A DNA stretch of 63,832 nt, filler included, from Craspedostauros australis (Eukaryota): assembly GCA_030167865.1 (NCBI GenBank). It is 13 parts of 13 records of this genome, joined end to end, with 100 filler letters (N's around TTAATTAATTAA, not from the genome) between each part and the next. Parts side by side here need not be neighbours in the genome. Positions count along the whole stretch, not along the records: positions 1 to 9,812 come from JALAGF010000920.1; positions 9,913 to 22,552 come from JALAGF010000923.1; 11 more parts are not named here. One strand, written 5' to 3'. Positions 1 through 12,279 of this stretch are shown here, piece by piece. The notes under the pieces are model-generated. The model worked only from the letters and a program-made list of their open reading frames with translations, was not told the origin of the DNA and searched no databases. Each line of letters begins with the position of its first letter. Positions within the stretch are counted from its first letter, which is position 1. Made by a program: the position numbers and the translations under genes.

Positions 1-380
1 TGTCGTTCATGAGGTCCTGCAGGAAGTTGGCATCCTGACCCTCCATGAGATCGCCCAGATTGTGGAAGACAACCAGGGTGTTGCGATGGTTGGCGATGAT
101 GTTGACGGAACCGCGGAACGTGTCGGCGCAGGTCGATTCTCGGATGCTGTTGGCATCCTCTCCCCTCTGAGAGTTCGCGGCCGTTCGCTGCGTCGAGATC
201 CAGCTCGTCACAGTTGACGATATTGATGTCCTTTGGATCGATGGTGAGGAAGGATGTGTCTTCGCGTTTGGAATCGTCTGCGTCATTGTGGACATCAGCG
301 ATTGCGGCTTGTGCTGTTTCGTTCGTCAATGCGATTGGACTATGTTGGTTTCCGCTGTGACATCGGTCAACGAGGACTCA
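1..380 (-). pseudogene. Coding-like fragment with an apparent frameshift, running off the window start; unknown product
   Basis: Minus strand reads ...DTSFLTIDPKDINIVNCDELDLDAANGRELSEG in one frame and EDANSIRESTCADTFRGSVNIIANHRNTLVVFHNLGDLMEGQDANFLQDLMND in another, switching near 165; no clean start. Confidence 0.3.
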
Positions 381-587
381 TGTTGGCTGTCATGGCCTGG
401 TGCATGTTGGTGTTGCCGCGCGCAGTCATCATCTTGTCTTGGGGAGGAAGAGTCACACAATGTCTCTTCCTCTGTTGTGACTCGTTTTTCATGACGTGGA
501 ATCCGCTCCATGTGACGTAGAAGACGGATCAGCGAGAGTAAACACGAAATAGCTCTAAATATCCAATCGCCGTTTCTCCCAAAAGCG

Positions 588-667
588 AGCAAACCAGTGG
601 CAACAAGGGGCCAAAACTCCACAACTAGTGTTATCGTGAGTGCATCAACTGCGACCTGGAGGTAGTA
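588..667 (-). mobile_element. End of a repeated element (begins TACTACCTCCAGG on the minus strand) at the point where the choice-of-anchor A gene breaks
   Basis: 80 bp matching 59389-59468 with 1 mismatch; both copies diverge immediately after ...GGAGGTAGTA. Confidence 0.65.
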
Positions 668-1624
668 GGTGGCGTCTGGAAAGTTCCAGATGATACTGGA
701 GTAGTATCTGGGATTGAAGGCGGAGTCCGCCAAGCCCTCGGGATCGATGAAGGACGCGATATTCGCGAGGTTGACGGTGCCATACGCATCGGCTTTGACG
801 TTGATGATGATGGCGGCGAAGTTGAGCGTGCCATCGAAACGGACAGCGAAGTTGATGTGAGGCGCGATGTTGGTACCATCGAGAGCCCCAGCATCGAGGT
901 GGAAGACCTGATGACACGGCGGGTTGATGGTTGCGGCGGAGAGGTGGAGGTGGTCTTCTTGCACGCCATTGATGTTGAGAGAGCGGCGCGTGGCCACGCC
1001 GTTGGTTGGCAGGGAGTTCCAGTAGGTGGATCGCGCCTTCATTTCGTCGAGGAGAGCGGTGTTGGCCTGCTGGTTGGCGAGGCTGGGGTCGTGGCGGAAC
1101 TGTCCGTTGCCACCGGTGTTGATTGTTGTGGTGGCCTCAACATAGTCGCTGCCTCCGAAGACCATGGATCCCGATGTCCGCGGGATTCCGGAGAGGACGT
1201 TGATCGGGCCGGATCCGGACGAGAAGACGCTGCCTCCGACCAGGACGCCATCGGAACCCTGCGATGGGATGGCGCCTGAGCCGGTGGGGGTGTATCCCAA
1301 GAAGGTTTCGGAACCGGGCAGCGGGGAAGCCTCGAGGAAAACGTTGTTCATCACCACGATCTTCCCTTCGATGAGCGTGCCGGGCGTCATGGTGAGGGTG
1401 CCACCCACGAAGACGGAGGTGTTGTCATCGTAGAGGAATGGTGTCTGGATGGGGCTGGACAAGGCAGGGTATTCGGAGGGACGGACCAGGGGGTCGCTGG
1501 GTCCGCTCATGGTGGGACCGAGGTTGACGAGGTCCGGGCAGATCTCATGCGGAGTGGTGAAGAGGGCACGGGCGGAAGGGATGGCAGATGCCAGGAGGAG
1601 CGGCATGGCTGTGGTGAACTTCAT
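668..1624 (-). CDS. Secreted choice-of-anchor A (CAA) domain protein, 3'-truncated
   Basis: Signal peptide MKFTTAMPLLLASAIPSARA; motifs DDNTSVFVGG, EGKIVV, GSGAIP..GSD.VLVGG, QVFHLD, IIINV and IIWNFPDAT typical of CAA domains. The ORF tail after PDAT is read through the repeat. Confidence 0.7.
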
Positions 1625-3107
1625 CTTGAGCTTTGGCTTGGTTGGTGCTTGGTTGCTTGATAGGTTGGTGAACGTTGGTTGGTTTGACGATTTTGTCGAG
1701 TTTATGAGCTGGATGGAGGTTGCGGTCGGTTGGTCTGTTGGTTTCGAAAGAGGAGAGAAGACGAGGATTCAGTTCCAAGTCTGCTTTGATCGGGTTTGTG
1801 CTTTGCTTTGTTTGGATGTTTGGTTTGATTTATGAGAAGTTGATCTGCATTTGGACCTTTGTGTTTGCTTGATCGCCAGAGCATCGTTGTTGTTGCGATT
1901 ACTTGGCCTCATGACAATGTCCGAAATGAAGGCTGTTGTTGGGATGGCGATGCACTCCTCTCCTCGCGATGATGGGCGGCAATGGCTGGTTTCGGACTTT
2001 GTGATCATCTCGCCGTCATGTTGGGACGGGTGACCGACGAGCGATGTATTAAATGCTCGAGTCCCTGTTGTAGTCTTGAAATGCCAATTTGGTAAGGACC
2101 AGGAAGCCCATGGCGACAATCCTTCGCTGTCAATGTTGGTGTCCAATGGTGAAGTGTGGATGTGTGAGGCAAAGCGCGGCTTTGTGTTGACCAGTAAACG
2201 CAGGGAAGCGGTTTCGGAGTTTTGCAACTGTGTCTGTGTTCCACATCGCGCAATCGGTTTCGATTTTGTGAGAACCGTTGAGTACATGACGTCAAAAGTG
2301 ATTCAAGAGTCTCTTTGTCACGAATGTAAGCATGATTCATGTGTGATGCTACGAGTCACGAGTAAGAAGGACTTTGTATGTATATGGATGACGAACCACA
2401 CGGTTTCGACACACCCGAATGGATGATCGACACAGACAAGATAACAAAACAGAATTGTGTGGCCGGCGCGTGTCGTCGAACGGTTGCGCTTGTTCGAAAT
2501 GAGGAAACATACGGATGGTTGGCGCGCTCTGCTGCACGAAGCCCGCGAAACACATCGACGTTGCGTTGAGCGAGCCTGCCCCGCGAGCTTCAGCTTCTTT
2601 TTCGTCTTGTCCGCAAAAATTGCCACCACATTCGGGGCGAAATGAAGCGAGGGGAAATGGATTGAAGTGAAACGGAGGAAACCAGGCAGCAAAAGGACGA
2701 ATAAGCGTGGAAGAACACGATAGATCATCGCCACCACCAACTACCCCGCTAACAAGACCAACAAGACCAACACACGGCCACTCACGACACGTCGCCCGTC
2801 GTGTTCCAATCATTTTGGCAAATCAAGAATCAGACAAGAGAGGTGAGGCTCCACCACAACACAAGATCCATTCACAGAGTCAACTTCCGCATCAACTGCG
2901 CAACAAGCAACACACAACAAACACCAGAACGCAATCAAGAGCGTCGACTGTGTGACATCACATTGCAAGGGCCATTGCGATTGACCCCAGCAACGCAACG
3001 CAATCCAACGCAATCCCACACAATCCAACGCAACATCGAAATACTGTTCGAGTGTGTCCCACAATATCAAAATCCTTTTGAACAGCTTCGCCTCTGACAC
3101 ATCCACC

Positions 3108-5654
3108 ATGAGCGCAGCCACCGTTGGACAGAAGATCGACGCCTTCCTGGAGCATGCGCAGAAGATGACGCCGGAGCTGGGAGACCTGCCTCCGTACCAG
3201 CTGTACGCCCTGATCGTCGCCTCCTCCATCGTGATCTGCTTCGTCCTGATCGGCAGCGGAGGCCACGTGGATCTCCTGCCGCCAATGACGGCCGATGCGG
3301 ACGCAGCGAAGGAGGGGCTTCAGAAGTCGGCAGAGCTCTCATCGCAATCGCAGCCGCAGCCACGCTGGTTCCTGTTCAAGTGGATCAACACCGCCATCCT
3401 CCTGGCATTCGGCGCCTCCGTCGTGTCCTTCGCCTTGAATGCCACGGAGTACCTCGAGAACTCCCATGGCGTCCTCCTCAAGTACCTCATCGGCTGGTCC
3501 ATGTTCCTCATCTACTTCCTGGGCTTCTTCGGCATCTCCTTCATTCATGACGACATTGACACGGAAGCCACCGAGGCCGAGGCCACGACCCGAGACGTCC
3601 CGCAGATCGACTCCAGGTACGTTCATACAGACAAGCAACTTCACAACACTTCCGTCATGCTGCCCTGCTCTGTGTTGCTTCATTCTACGTTCCGTTATGG
3701 ATTTTCCAACAAAGCTCGAGTCAGGTCGTGTCTGCGATGTTCGCAACTCCGCCAAATTGGCAAAATCTGCCGCTCTTGATGCGGAACGAATGCGAAGCCT
3801 CCATCAACAGTCGTGCTTGTCGTCTTCGTTGTTGTTCCGTGGTGCTCTGTGGGACAGCGTTCTGCCATTGGTGTCATCGTGGGTCAGCGTTTCAATTTCG
3901 AATCCACCACCAATGCTCTGTTGTTGCTGTTGTGACGGTTGGATGATGGGATGTCTGGATTCGAATGAAGCGAACAAAAGAGAATGTCTCCATGGCTCTG
4001 GAGGGAGGATGACGGCAAACCACTTCAAACACAGACCATCAGGCCTGCGCACATCGCCAACAATAACAGTCACAACCACACACACGCCCAACCACACACA
4101 TCGCACTAACGAATCCCTGTACTGTCCATGCATCACCTCCATCCATCACCAACCTTATCCAATCGCAATGCCCACGCAACGACAACATCAACAACAACTA
4201 ATGCCATCATCTCACCCTCTTCGCAAAACAGCATCGTCAAGCCAGCGAAGAAGTCAGTGCCAATCCACCCACCAGCGCAATCGACACCAGTGTGCTCTGA
4301 CGCGGTCTCCTCTTGCACAATCAAGAACAACACCAGCAGCACCAACAGCAGCACCAACAGCAATGCCAGCGGAACGAAGGCCGCCGCACCAGCGGATATC
4401 ACCAACTTGGAAAATGAAGAGATTGCGCAGCTCGTCCTCAACAATCAGATGAAGGACCACGAATTGGAAAAGCGGCTTGATGCCTTCCGTGCGGTCGAAG
4501 TCAGGCGTCTCGTCGTCAAGCAGAAACTGTCCAGCTTGGGACGCAACATTGACAACCTCCCAACCACGCCATCCCTCGATTATTCAAAGGTCTACGGCGC
4601 CAACTGCGAGGTCGTTGTGGGATACGTGCCTTTGCCTGTGGGACTCGTGGGTCCGCTCACCTTGAACGAGGAGACCGTCTACGTTCCAATGGCAACCACG
4701 GAGGGTTGCCTCGTCGCCTCCACCAACCGCGGTGCCAAGGCCATCACGCAGAGCGGCGGTGCCCAAGCCATGATCATCAGGGATGGAATCACACGTGCGC
4801 CGTGCGTCAGGTTGCCGTCCGCCATGGAAGCCGCCAAGCTCAAGATCTGGTGCGAGGAGCCGGACAACTTCGCTCTCCTCAAGGAGGCATTCGAGTCCAC
4901 CACTTCGTTCGGCAAGCTCAAATCCTGCCAACCCACTGTTGCGGGACGCAATGTATACCTGCGTCTCGTGTGCTTCTCGGGCGATGCCATGGGTATGAAC
5001 ATGGTCAGCAAGGGCAGCCTGGCGGTCATCAAATTGCTCGAGGAACGTTTCGAGAACATGCAGCTGGTCGCCCTCAGCGGCAACATGTGCACCGACAAGA
5101 AGGCTGCCGCCACCAACTGGCTGGAGGGCAGAGGTAAGAGCGTCGTGGTGGAGTGCGTCATCCCGCAATCCATCGTTCAAAAGACTCTCAAGACAACCGT
5201 CAAAGCCTTGATCCACACCAACATCAACAAGAACCTCATCGGATCCGCCATGGCCGGTGCTTTGGGAGGATTCAACGCCCACGCATCCAACATCGTCGCA
5301 GCCGTCTTTCTGGCCACCGGTCAGGACCCAGCGCAAGTCGTCGAATCGGCAAACTGCATCACCCTCATGGAGGAGAATGACAACGGAGATCTCTGGATGT
5401 CCTGCACGATGCCAAGCATCGAGGTCGGCACGGTCGGTGGAGGAACCTCCTTGGCCGCGCAGGCCGCATGTCTCGACGCCGTCGGATGCCGCGGTGGTGG
5501 AAAGAACCACCCGGGTGAAAACGCACAGAAATTGTCGCAGGTCGTTGCTGCGGCCACGATGGCAGGCGAACTCAGCCTCCTCTCCGCGCTTGCCGCCAAC
5601 ACCCTGGTCCAAGCGCACATGAAGCACAACCGAAAAGCGCCCACCAAGAAATGA
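3108..5654 (+). CDS. HMGR: HMG-CoA reductase (class I), 2 exons: 3108-3616, 4232-5654
   Basis: N-terminal TM helices; catalytic motifs ATTEGCLVAS, GDAMGMNMVSKG, GTVGGGT, HMKHNR. GT-AG intron 3617-4231 joins the frames (AG|C = Ser). Confidence 0.95.
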
Positions 5655-8600
5655 CAGGAGGCCACGCCATTCGAAAGCACCGAAGCATGGGATGCCACAG
5701 CCATGTCGGCAACAGCAACCAAAATGACGCGAGATAACTCGCAACTCTGCTCATTTTTCTGCTTCTGATCCCAGTCGTCATGATGAACTGCCATTGCTCC
5801 TGAATGGTCATCATGCATGCCGAAGAATGGTGCCAATCTGTCCAGATCCAAACGTACCCGTCGCAACCAATACATTTATACAAAACCAATAAACACCATC
5901 AGCTCTTTCAGTAACATGGGTGAAGAACAATCGACACGGAATCTGCGTTGTAACTGCATGCTCTTGTACTTACTTTTCCCACGATCGACAGATTCCGATT
6001 CACTGGCGGCTTTCATCTAGTCTTCATTTGTCAGTCTAACTGCCGTTTCATTTTCATCAAACTCTTCGTTCAAAAGGGATACTCTGATCAGAGCTGTTCC
6101 ACTGGAAAGTGTCGTGGGCTCACTTGCCGCTGGCATGGCTGACGTGGCGCCAACAGCCTAGGCGAAGCGGCTATGACCTCTGTCGTTATGTGTGTTTGGA
6201 TGCGTTTCTGGTCGTGTTTTCATCACGCCACAACACACAAGAGAACCTTGCTCATTGGTTCGCAAAAGAGCCATCTGTCTCGTAAACACAAACGCATGAT
6301 CCTTCCTCATCTTTTGTTTTTTGCCCACGAATCGCATCATTGTGTTGGGTGGGGAGGCAATCAAGATCTCTTCCATTCAGGATTCAGATCGTTACGGGTT
6401 GTCATCGGTGCTCCTGTGGTTCCATCTCAATTGGTCTTGCCTCCAACCTCTCGCGGTCTCGATTTGGCATGTTCCGCTTTGCCGTCAGCGACAACTATCC
6501 CCTCTATCTTGTGTTGCTGTCGCTTGCATTCACCCGTCTCTTGGTGTAACTTGTCCGGCCATGAGATTGATTCTCCTCTCGCATGATTCTGCTAACATGT
6601 TGGTGCAGTCGTCATGGTCGCTGGCAGTGTGCGACCTACATGATACGGCGTCATGGAGAAAGAGAAAGGGAGAGAGCGAGAACGAGATGACAACAACAAC
6701 GGCGACGGTGACGACGATGGTCTGATGTGCGACAATACGAGTAGTGCTCGTATGTCCTCGATGGAACTGCCCTCGTCTGACAAACAGGAAAGGCAGACCA
6801 TCGGTGTCGCGATCTCTCCCACATAGGGTGCAGTCATGAACCATCCATCCCTGCCATGCGTGCTTCCGTGTCTACGTGCGTATGTGGGCATACGGATGGA
6901 CAGATTGGTGAACAGATGGCAGAGCCGTTTTGCATCTCATGAACCGAGGCCACCTGCATCGAATGTCGTACAAGAACAACAGCGAAAGCAAAAGAGCAGA
7001 GTACCAATAGCAGGGAGGCCAGATGAAATCGGATCTGGTGCAGGGAGTGACGGAAGAATGGATAGAACATGAGTACTCGTAGCCAGTAGAGCGCCACGAT
7101 TATGTACGAGTACGAGCTATGCCGGAGCCGGGTGGGGTGTGTGTTCTATGCCACGTCTGCGGATGTCCGGCGGCTTCAGGCCATCCTTCTCGGATCAGTC
7201 TCGGTGAGGACAATGTCCTCTATCATTCATGTTACTCCATCCAGGTGTCGCCCAACCATCCGATCAGATAGCCACTCCAAGCAGCGAATTCTCCAAACAC
7301 CCAGAGACCACCGTATCCAATCTAATCTAATCTATTCCAACAGATGCAGCTCAACGCAGCTGGATCTGACTCAATCCAACCCAAGAGACACACCGCTACT
7401 TCCATTCCAAAGTATGGTAGGGTCCAAACACATGTCTGAGGTGGTCATGGGTCTTCGTCTCTGTGACCACCGACACTTATCATCCCAATCGCTACCATCA
7501 GCGCGAATGCCTGTGTTGTTGCCGCCACCATTGGTAGCTGATTGTCAATCCGATCTTCGCTCGGGTGCCTGGCAGAGCAACATTCATTTGTCACCTTCGC
7601 TCTGTTCTCACTCGTGATAGTCGTCCTCGCCACACCCGAATGTTGTATCCAGAACCCCCCGACGCTCCCGAAGCCCTCTCGGAAACGAAAACGTCACAAA
7701 ACGAAACATCAACAGTGATGGCAACGGCGGTGAGAGGGCAACGCTTCTTCCTTTCTTCGCGTCTTCACTTCTTCACTTCTTCACTTCTTTCACTTCTTCC
7801 CTTCTGCTCCTCGTCACTCACTCATCAGAACCAAACAACAATGAACATCGTCACAACGCAGACATCTGGACAACCGGAAACGAAACATCGGCAAGCGTGA
7901 TGCAAGACGCCAGATGGCAGGTCTTGGGCAGAGCATGTTCACCGGCTCTCAGCATCTCATGTGCTATCAATGTTGCAGGCTTTCCGCCATCGGATAGTGT
8001 TGAACGTCGGCAGATGGCAACGGAAGCAGCATCTTCGAACAATGAACATCTGCGCCACATCAGAGCAGCAGATCATCAAACCATCTCGGTCTCCGATCGT
8101 TTCACGAATGCATTCAGTTTCCATTGTGTTTGATGCCACAGAACTCAGTACATTACGAAAGGCCACGATGTGCTGATCCCCCGTGTGATTGAATTGGATT
8201 GATGTGTGTTGTGTAGTGTAGTATGTTGCTGTCTCTCAAGAGATTTGGAGCTCGATGAGCTACTTTGCTTGGCTGTACTGGTACCATCCTGCTAATTGCA
8301 GCATAGTAGTGTGCCTCTACTCTACTCTACTTTGCTCTCCTTGTACCATGTTGTGTTGTGTTGAACTGCATTGCATGACATTGCATTGTGTCGTGTCACC
8401 CTACATCGTATTCGTAATGTGTGTGGCGCCGCGTCATGTGGTGTCACATTTGTCGAATAGAATCAGGCTTCGGATCGCTTGTTTCGCCTTTGTGGTGTGT
8501 GTTGTTACTGTAGTCGATGACGCGTTTGCATGTTCTCTACTGCAACAGGAACAGCTGGAAGATGTCGCATCTGCATCAGAAGTTCAAGTAGCCAGCAACA

Positions 8601-9912
8601 ACGCTTAACAATCCATCATTGGACTGCGTGTCTGTTACCCGAGGTTTGTTCGACGTTGTAGGGTTTTGTCTGTTTTCTGGTTTGGATGTTGTGTTGGTTG
8701 TGTTTTCATTGTGTGTTTGTGGTTGCGGTTACGGATCAAGTGACAGGCGTGTCCGCGGGATGGCGAGGGCGATAACATCTGTGCTGTCCGAGTATTTATG
8801 CGCGTTTCTGGTTGTTGTCGCCGATTGCATCCGCGGAGAGTACATCTGTGCGTGGCATTTGTTCCTCTCCCATCTTCCTTCCTTCCTTCCTTCCTTTCCG
8901 TAGGTCTGGTCTGGTTTGGTTGGCGCTGTTGCCTTGTTTTGCTCGTCAGTTTGCTGCCTGTTGTGCCTCGGTTTGTCTCCTCCCTTGCATGATGAGATTG
9001 TGGAGCACAATTGCGCAGTCTGCAGCGGTTCGACTATTTGGGAGAGTACTTGCTACTACGTGTACTTCTGTACTACGATGCTCACACTCCACGCTGCGGA
9101 AAGAAGCGGAAGAAAAAAATGCACACAAGCAACACGCACTCGCACACACGAAAAGGCGAGAGAGTCCGCGTCAGCAACCTCAATGGTCACAAACAAACGA
9201 CGACGAACATCCGAAAGTGAAAAACTCACAAACGACAACGACAGCAAGCAATCAATCAAAGAAGAACAAGCAATCAAACAACTGCAGCCAGACCAACAAC
9301 CTGGCAAGCAAGAGATCAAGGAGACCAACAATACGCAAGCAAGCAAGCAAACACACACACAAACACGAGGGCAGCAAGGTAAGCAGCAACACCACCATGG
9401 CGCCATGATCGCATGAGATTCGAAGAGGAGGCGCTAACGACAGAACGGAAAGAAGAGAAGGCACAGAACACAAAGCAACAACCAAGCAGAGAGGCAAACC
9501 AAACCAAGATGACGAAAACACTGGCACAGATGAGAAGACCAACACTGCTATCGCGCCAATCGAGTGCATTCAGCAACGAGACGAAAACCAACGAGAGGCG
9601 CAACATCATCGAAATGACGGCGCGGAGTCAATGGAGAGAAACTGCGTATTGCAACCACGATCTTCACGAGTTGGGCAGTCGCCAAAGACCACAACGACAG
9701 AGCCAAAGAAGCAAAGGGATAAAGCGACAAATTCAACGACGCGCAATCTGTTTCTGACATTTTGGACGGTACCGAAACATCGCCATCTGCGACAGCAACG
9801 ACAACAACACAANNNNNNNNNNNNNNNNNNNNNNNNNNNNNNNNNNNNNNNNNNNNTTAATTAATTAANNNNNNNNNNNNNNNNNNNNNNNNNNNNNNNN
9901 NNNNNNNNNNNN

Positions 9913-10248
9913 CTGTACAGTAACTCGACCATTTGTGCATGTAAAATGTCAATTGCGATCCAATCCAACACTACCACCACTCCAAGCACACTCCAAGGGT
10001 ACGGCTATGGAGTTTGAGGTCTTGGATCCATCAGAAAGGGGTATTGGCATGCGCGCAGATGAGCCCTATGTAACGACGCCAGTCATTTCCATTCAATATC
10101 TGCATCCGTAGATTTCGCTCCTTTCCAACCCGAGTCTAGACTTCAAATTCCATATCCGTACCCTTTGGAGTGTGCTTGGAGTGGTGGTAGTGTTGGATTG
10201 GATCGCAACTGAAATTTTACCTGCACAAATGGTCGAGTTACTATACAG
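9913..10248. repeat. Long imperfect inverted repeat (foldback/MITE-like), with a third partial arm copy at ~10333-10385
   Basis: 9913-~10022 is the reverse complement of ~10138-10248 (CTGTACAGTAACTCGACCATTTGTGCA... vs ...TGCACAAATGGTCGAGTTACTATACAG). Confidence 0.8.
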
Positions 10249-10795
10249 TTTGATGCGTTGCTCACAGTACTGCCACACACAGGATCACATGATATCCAGA
10301 TCCATCGATATGAGTACCTTCCAGACGGATTAGAGACCTCAAACTTCGTGGCCGTACCCTTTGGAGTGTGTTTGGAGTGATGCGGTTGGTAGAATCAAGT
10401 ATGCTTGACCTTTGCATGCACATATAACCAACACAATACACACTGCGACCGAATGGTATCACAGGAACTGACTACATGTGATCTGAATCTCCTTCCAGTT
10501 GGATGTAGAATGTTCAAGGTAGGGACATGCCAATGGCTGATGTCAGTATGCAATATAGCAGGTCNGACCCTCTGCTCAACAGCATTCATCAACAACATCA
10601 TGAACTAGAGTACTCTACGCTGTCCAACAGGGAAATGGTTGATGTGTCGACTCCGTGGCTAAATTATTATTTTCGAGTCTGTCGCAGTGATACGCCGGCC
10701 ATTTCATTGATCCAATCATCGTGCCAGGCACCAAAACGACCTGGTGAGTGAACTTTGGCCTCAAAAACGACCTGGTTAGTGAATTTGCTCATTCC

Positions 10796-11131
10796 GAATA
10801 CCTCAAGCCCAACGGCGGGTACGGAGGACTGATGTCCATCCACCTCGACTCGCACATGTGCCAGCGGACGTTCTACGACGTGCTCGACGTCGCGAAGGGT
10901 CCGTCGTTGGGGACCAATTTCACGCTGGTGTGTTCCTACACGCTGCTGGCGCATTATAATGAGTTGGATTTCGCCATGAGCTACGACGTCTCGCCCAACC
11001 TCATCCGCATCGCTGTGGGATTGGAGGACTTTGATACGCTGCGCGATAAGTTCGACGAAGCCTTGAAGACGTGCGAGTTGTATCCCAAGCTGTCGTCCAG
11101 CGGTGGTTACGGCAAATGGGAATGTGACTGA
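10796..11131 (+). CDS. Cystathionine gamma-synthase (fungal STR2-like) C-terminal fragment
   Basis: GGYGGLMSI...FYDVLDVAKGPSLGTNFTLVCSYTLLAHYNELDFA...LIRIAVGLED; no N-terminal part found upstream on this contig. Confidence 0.85.
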   Translation, partial: EYLKPNGGYGGLMSIHLDSHMCQRTFYDVLDVAKGPSLGTNFTLVCSYTLLAHYNELDFAMSYDVSPNLIRIAVGLEDFDTLRDKFDEALKTCELYPKLSSSGGYGKWECD

Positions 11132-11533
11132 AGTCAACCTCAATTAGAATGCATTAGCATAATAAAATCGACTACCATACTGAATATAAATGTCTACCTG
11201 CGATGCTGCTGGAAGTATAAGCTATTCCATGCCACCCAGCTCTTTCTAGTGTACTTTCCAATGTGAGAAAGGATGCAACAGGCATTTACTCCGACCTGAG
11301 TGGGAGGATGCAGAATGTGTGCGGCAACAGTCCCACAAGGTTGTCCGTGGCAGAGTCCATACAAGTACAACACTCACAGAGCATGATGCGGTGTTCGATC
11401 GCTTTGTGATGTGTTGCAAATGAGATTGTTCTCGCTCAGGCGTAGACCTGGGAGTGTGAAGGCCCTAAGCTATGGTATATCATGAGCCTGCTGGTTTCGC
11501 CTTGTTTCACATTACGTACATATCCAAAGTAAC

Positions 11534-12279
11534 TTAGGACATGAACTCTCCGTCGGCCTTGTGGCTGACGGAGGAGATGGCCCCGCCACTCTCCTTGAAA
11601 TCCGCCCATGCAGCGTAGTGCGGCTGGGTCTTGTGGAAGTCCACTGCTGCTGCACTCTCGTATACCTCGTAGAAAAAGTACTTGTCTGGGTTGGACTGGT
11701 CCCGTAGAACATCTGCGAAATTAGATAGTTGGTTGGTTGGTTGGTTGGTTGGGATGCGAAGATTGTGTTGTTGGTGCACAGTGGTGTGCGTGTTGGAAAA
11801 TAGCAACAGCAGAAGGAGGAAGGGGAGGAGGAGAGTGATGAAGTTTAGCCCATGGTGCGAGTTGATAAGTGAGAATAATGCAGCATGGCATATCCCAACT
11901 ACTCCATGTGCCCAGCATCATCACGCGCAGACAGCAACGTCGACGACGACAGGATCACTGCACGATGACCAGAGGAACATCGCAATGCATAGCATTATAA
12001 AGCGTTATACAATAGACAGCAGAGTGGACAGCATAACGTACCAAACCGAAGGCAGCCCGGTTCCTTGCGAGAGCTGATGGCGTTGTTCTCCATGATGCTG
12101 AGGAATTCGTCTGTGCGGGATTTGTCAAGGACCACCTCGACGATGATACCGAAAGGCTTGCCGGCCTGCATGGCTGTGCGAGAGAAGCTGCGCGTGAAGG
12201 TGGATGTCGATGTGGGCTTGGCAGTGAGGAAGGCAGTGCAGGTGGAGAGGCGGAGCAAGGTGGTGGAGAAGACCTTCAT
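11534..12279 (-). CDS. ABM-superfamily LsrG-like protein with N-terminal targeting presequence; exons 12279-12042, 11712-11534
   Basis: Spliced product ...IIVEVVLDKSRTDEFLSIMENNAISSRKEPGCLRF|DVLRDQSNPDKYFFYEVYESAAAVDFHKTQPHYAAW resembles LsrG; canonical GT-AG intron (G|AT = Asp). Confidence 0.85.

Noticed and set aside
4584..5744. Long antisense ORFs (386 aa here; similar ones opposite the secreted protein, myosin and ABCG)
   Set aside because: Shadows of GC3-rich sense genes with no recognisable motifs.
5900..9812. Short ORFs in a 4-kb intergenic stretch
   Set aside because: Low-complexity, no motifs or consistent exon structure.
9857..9868. Recurrent TTAATTAATTAA motif
   Set aside because: Always centred in N runs; an artificial six-frame stop linker.
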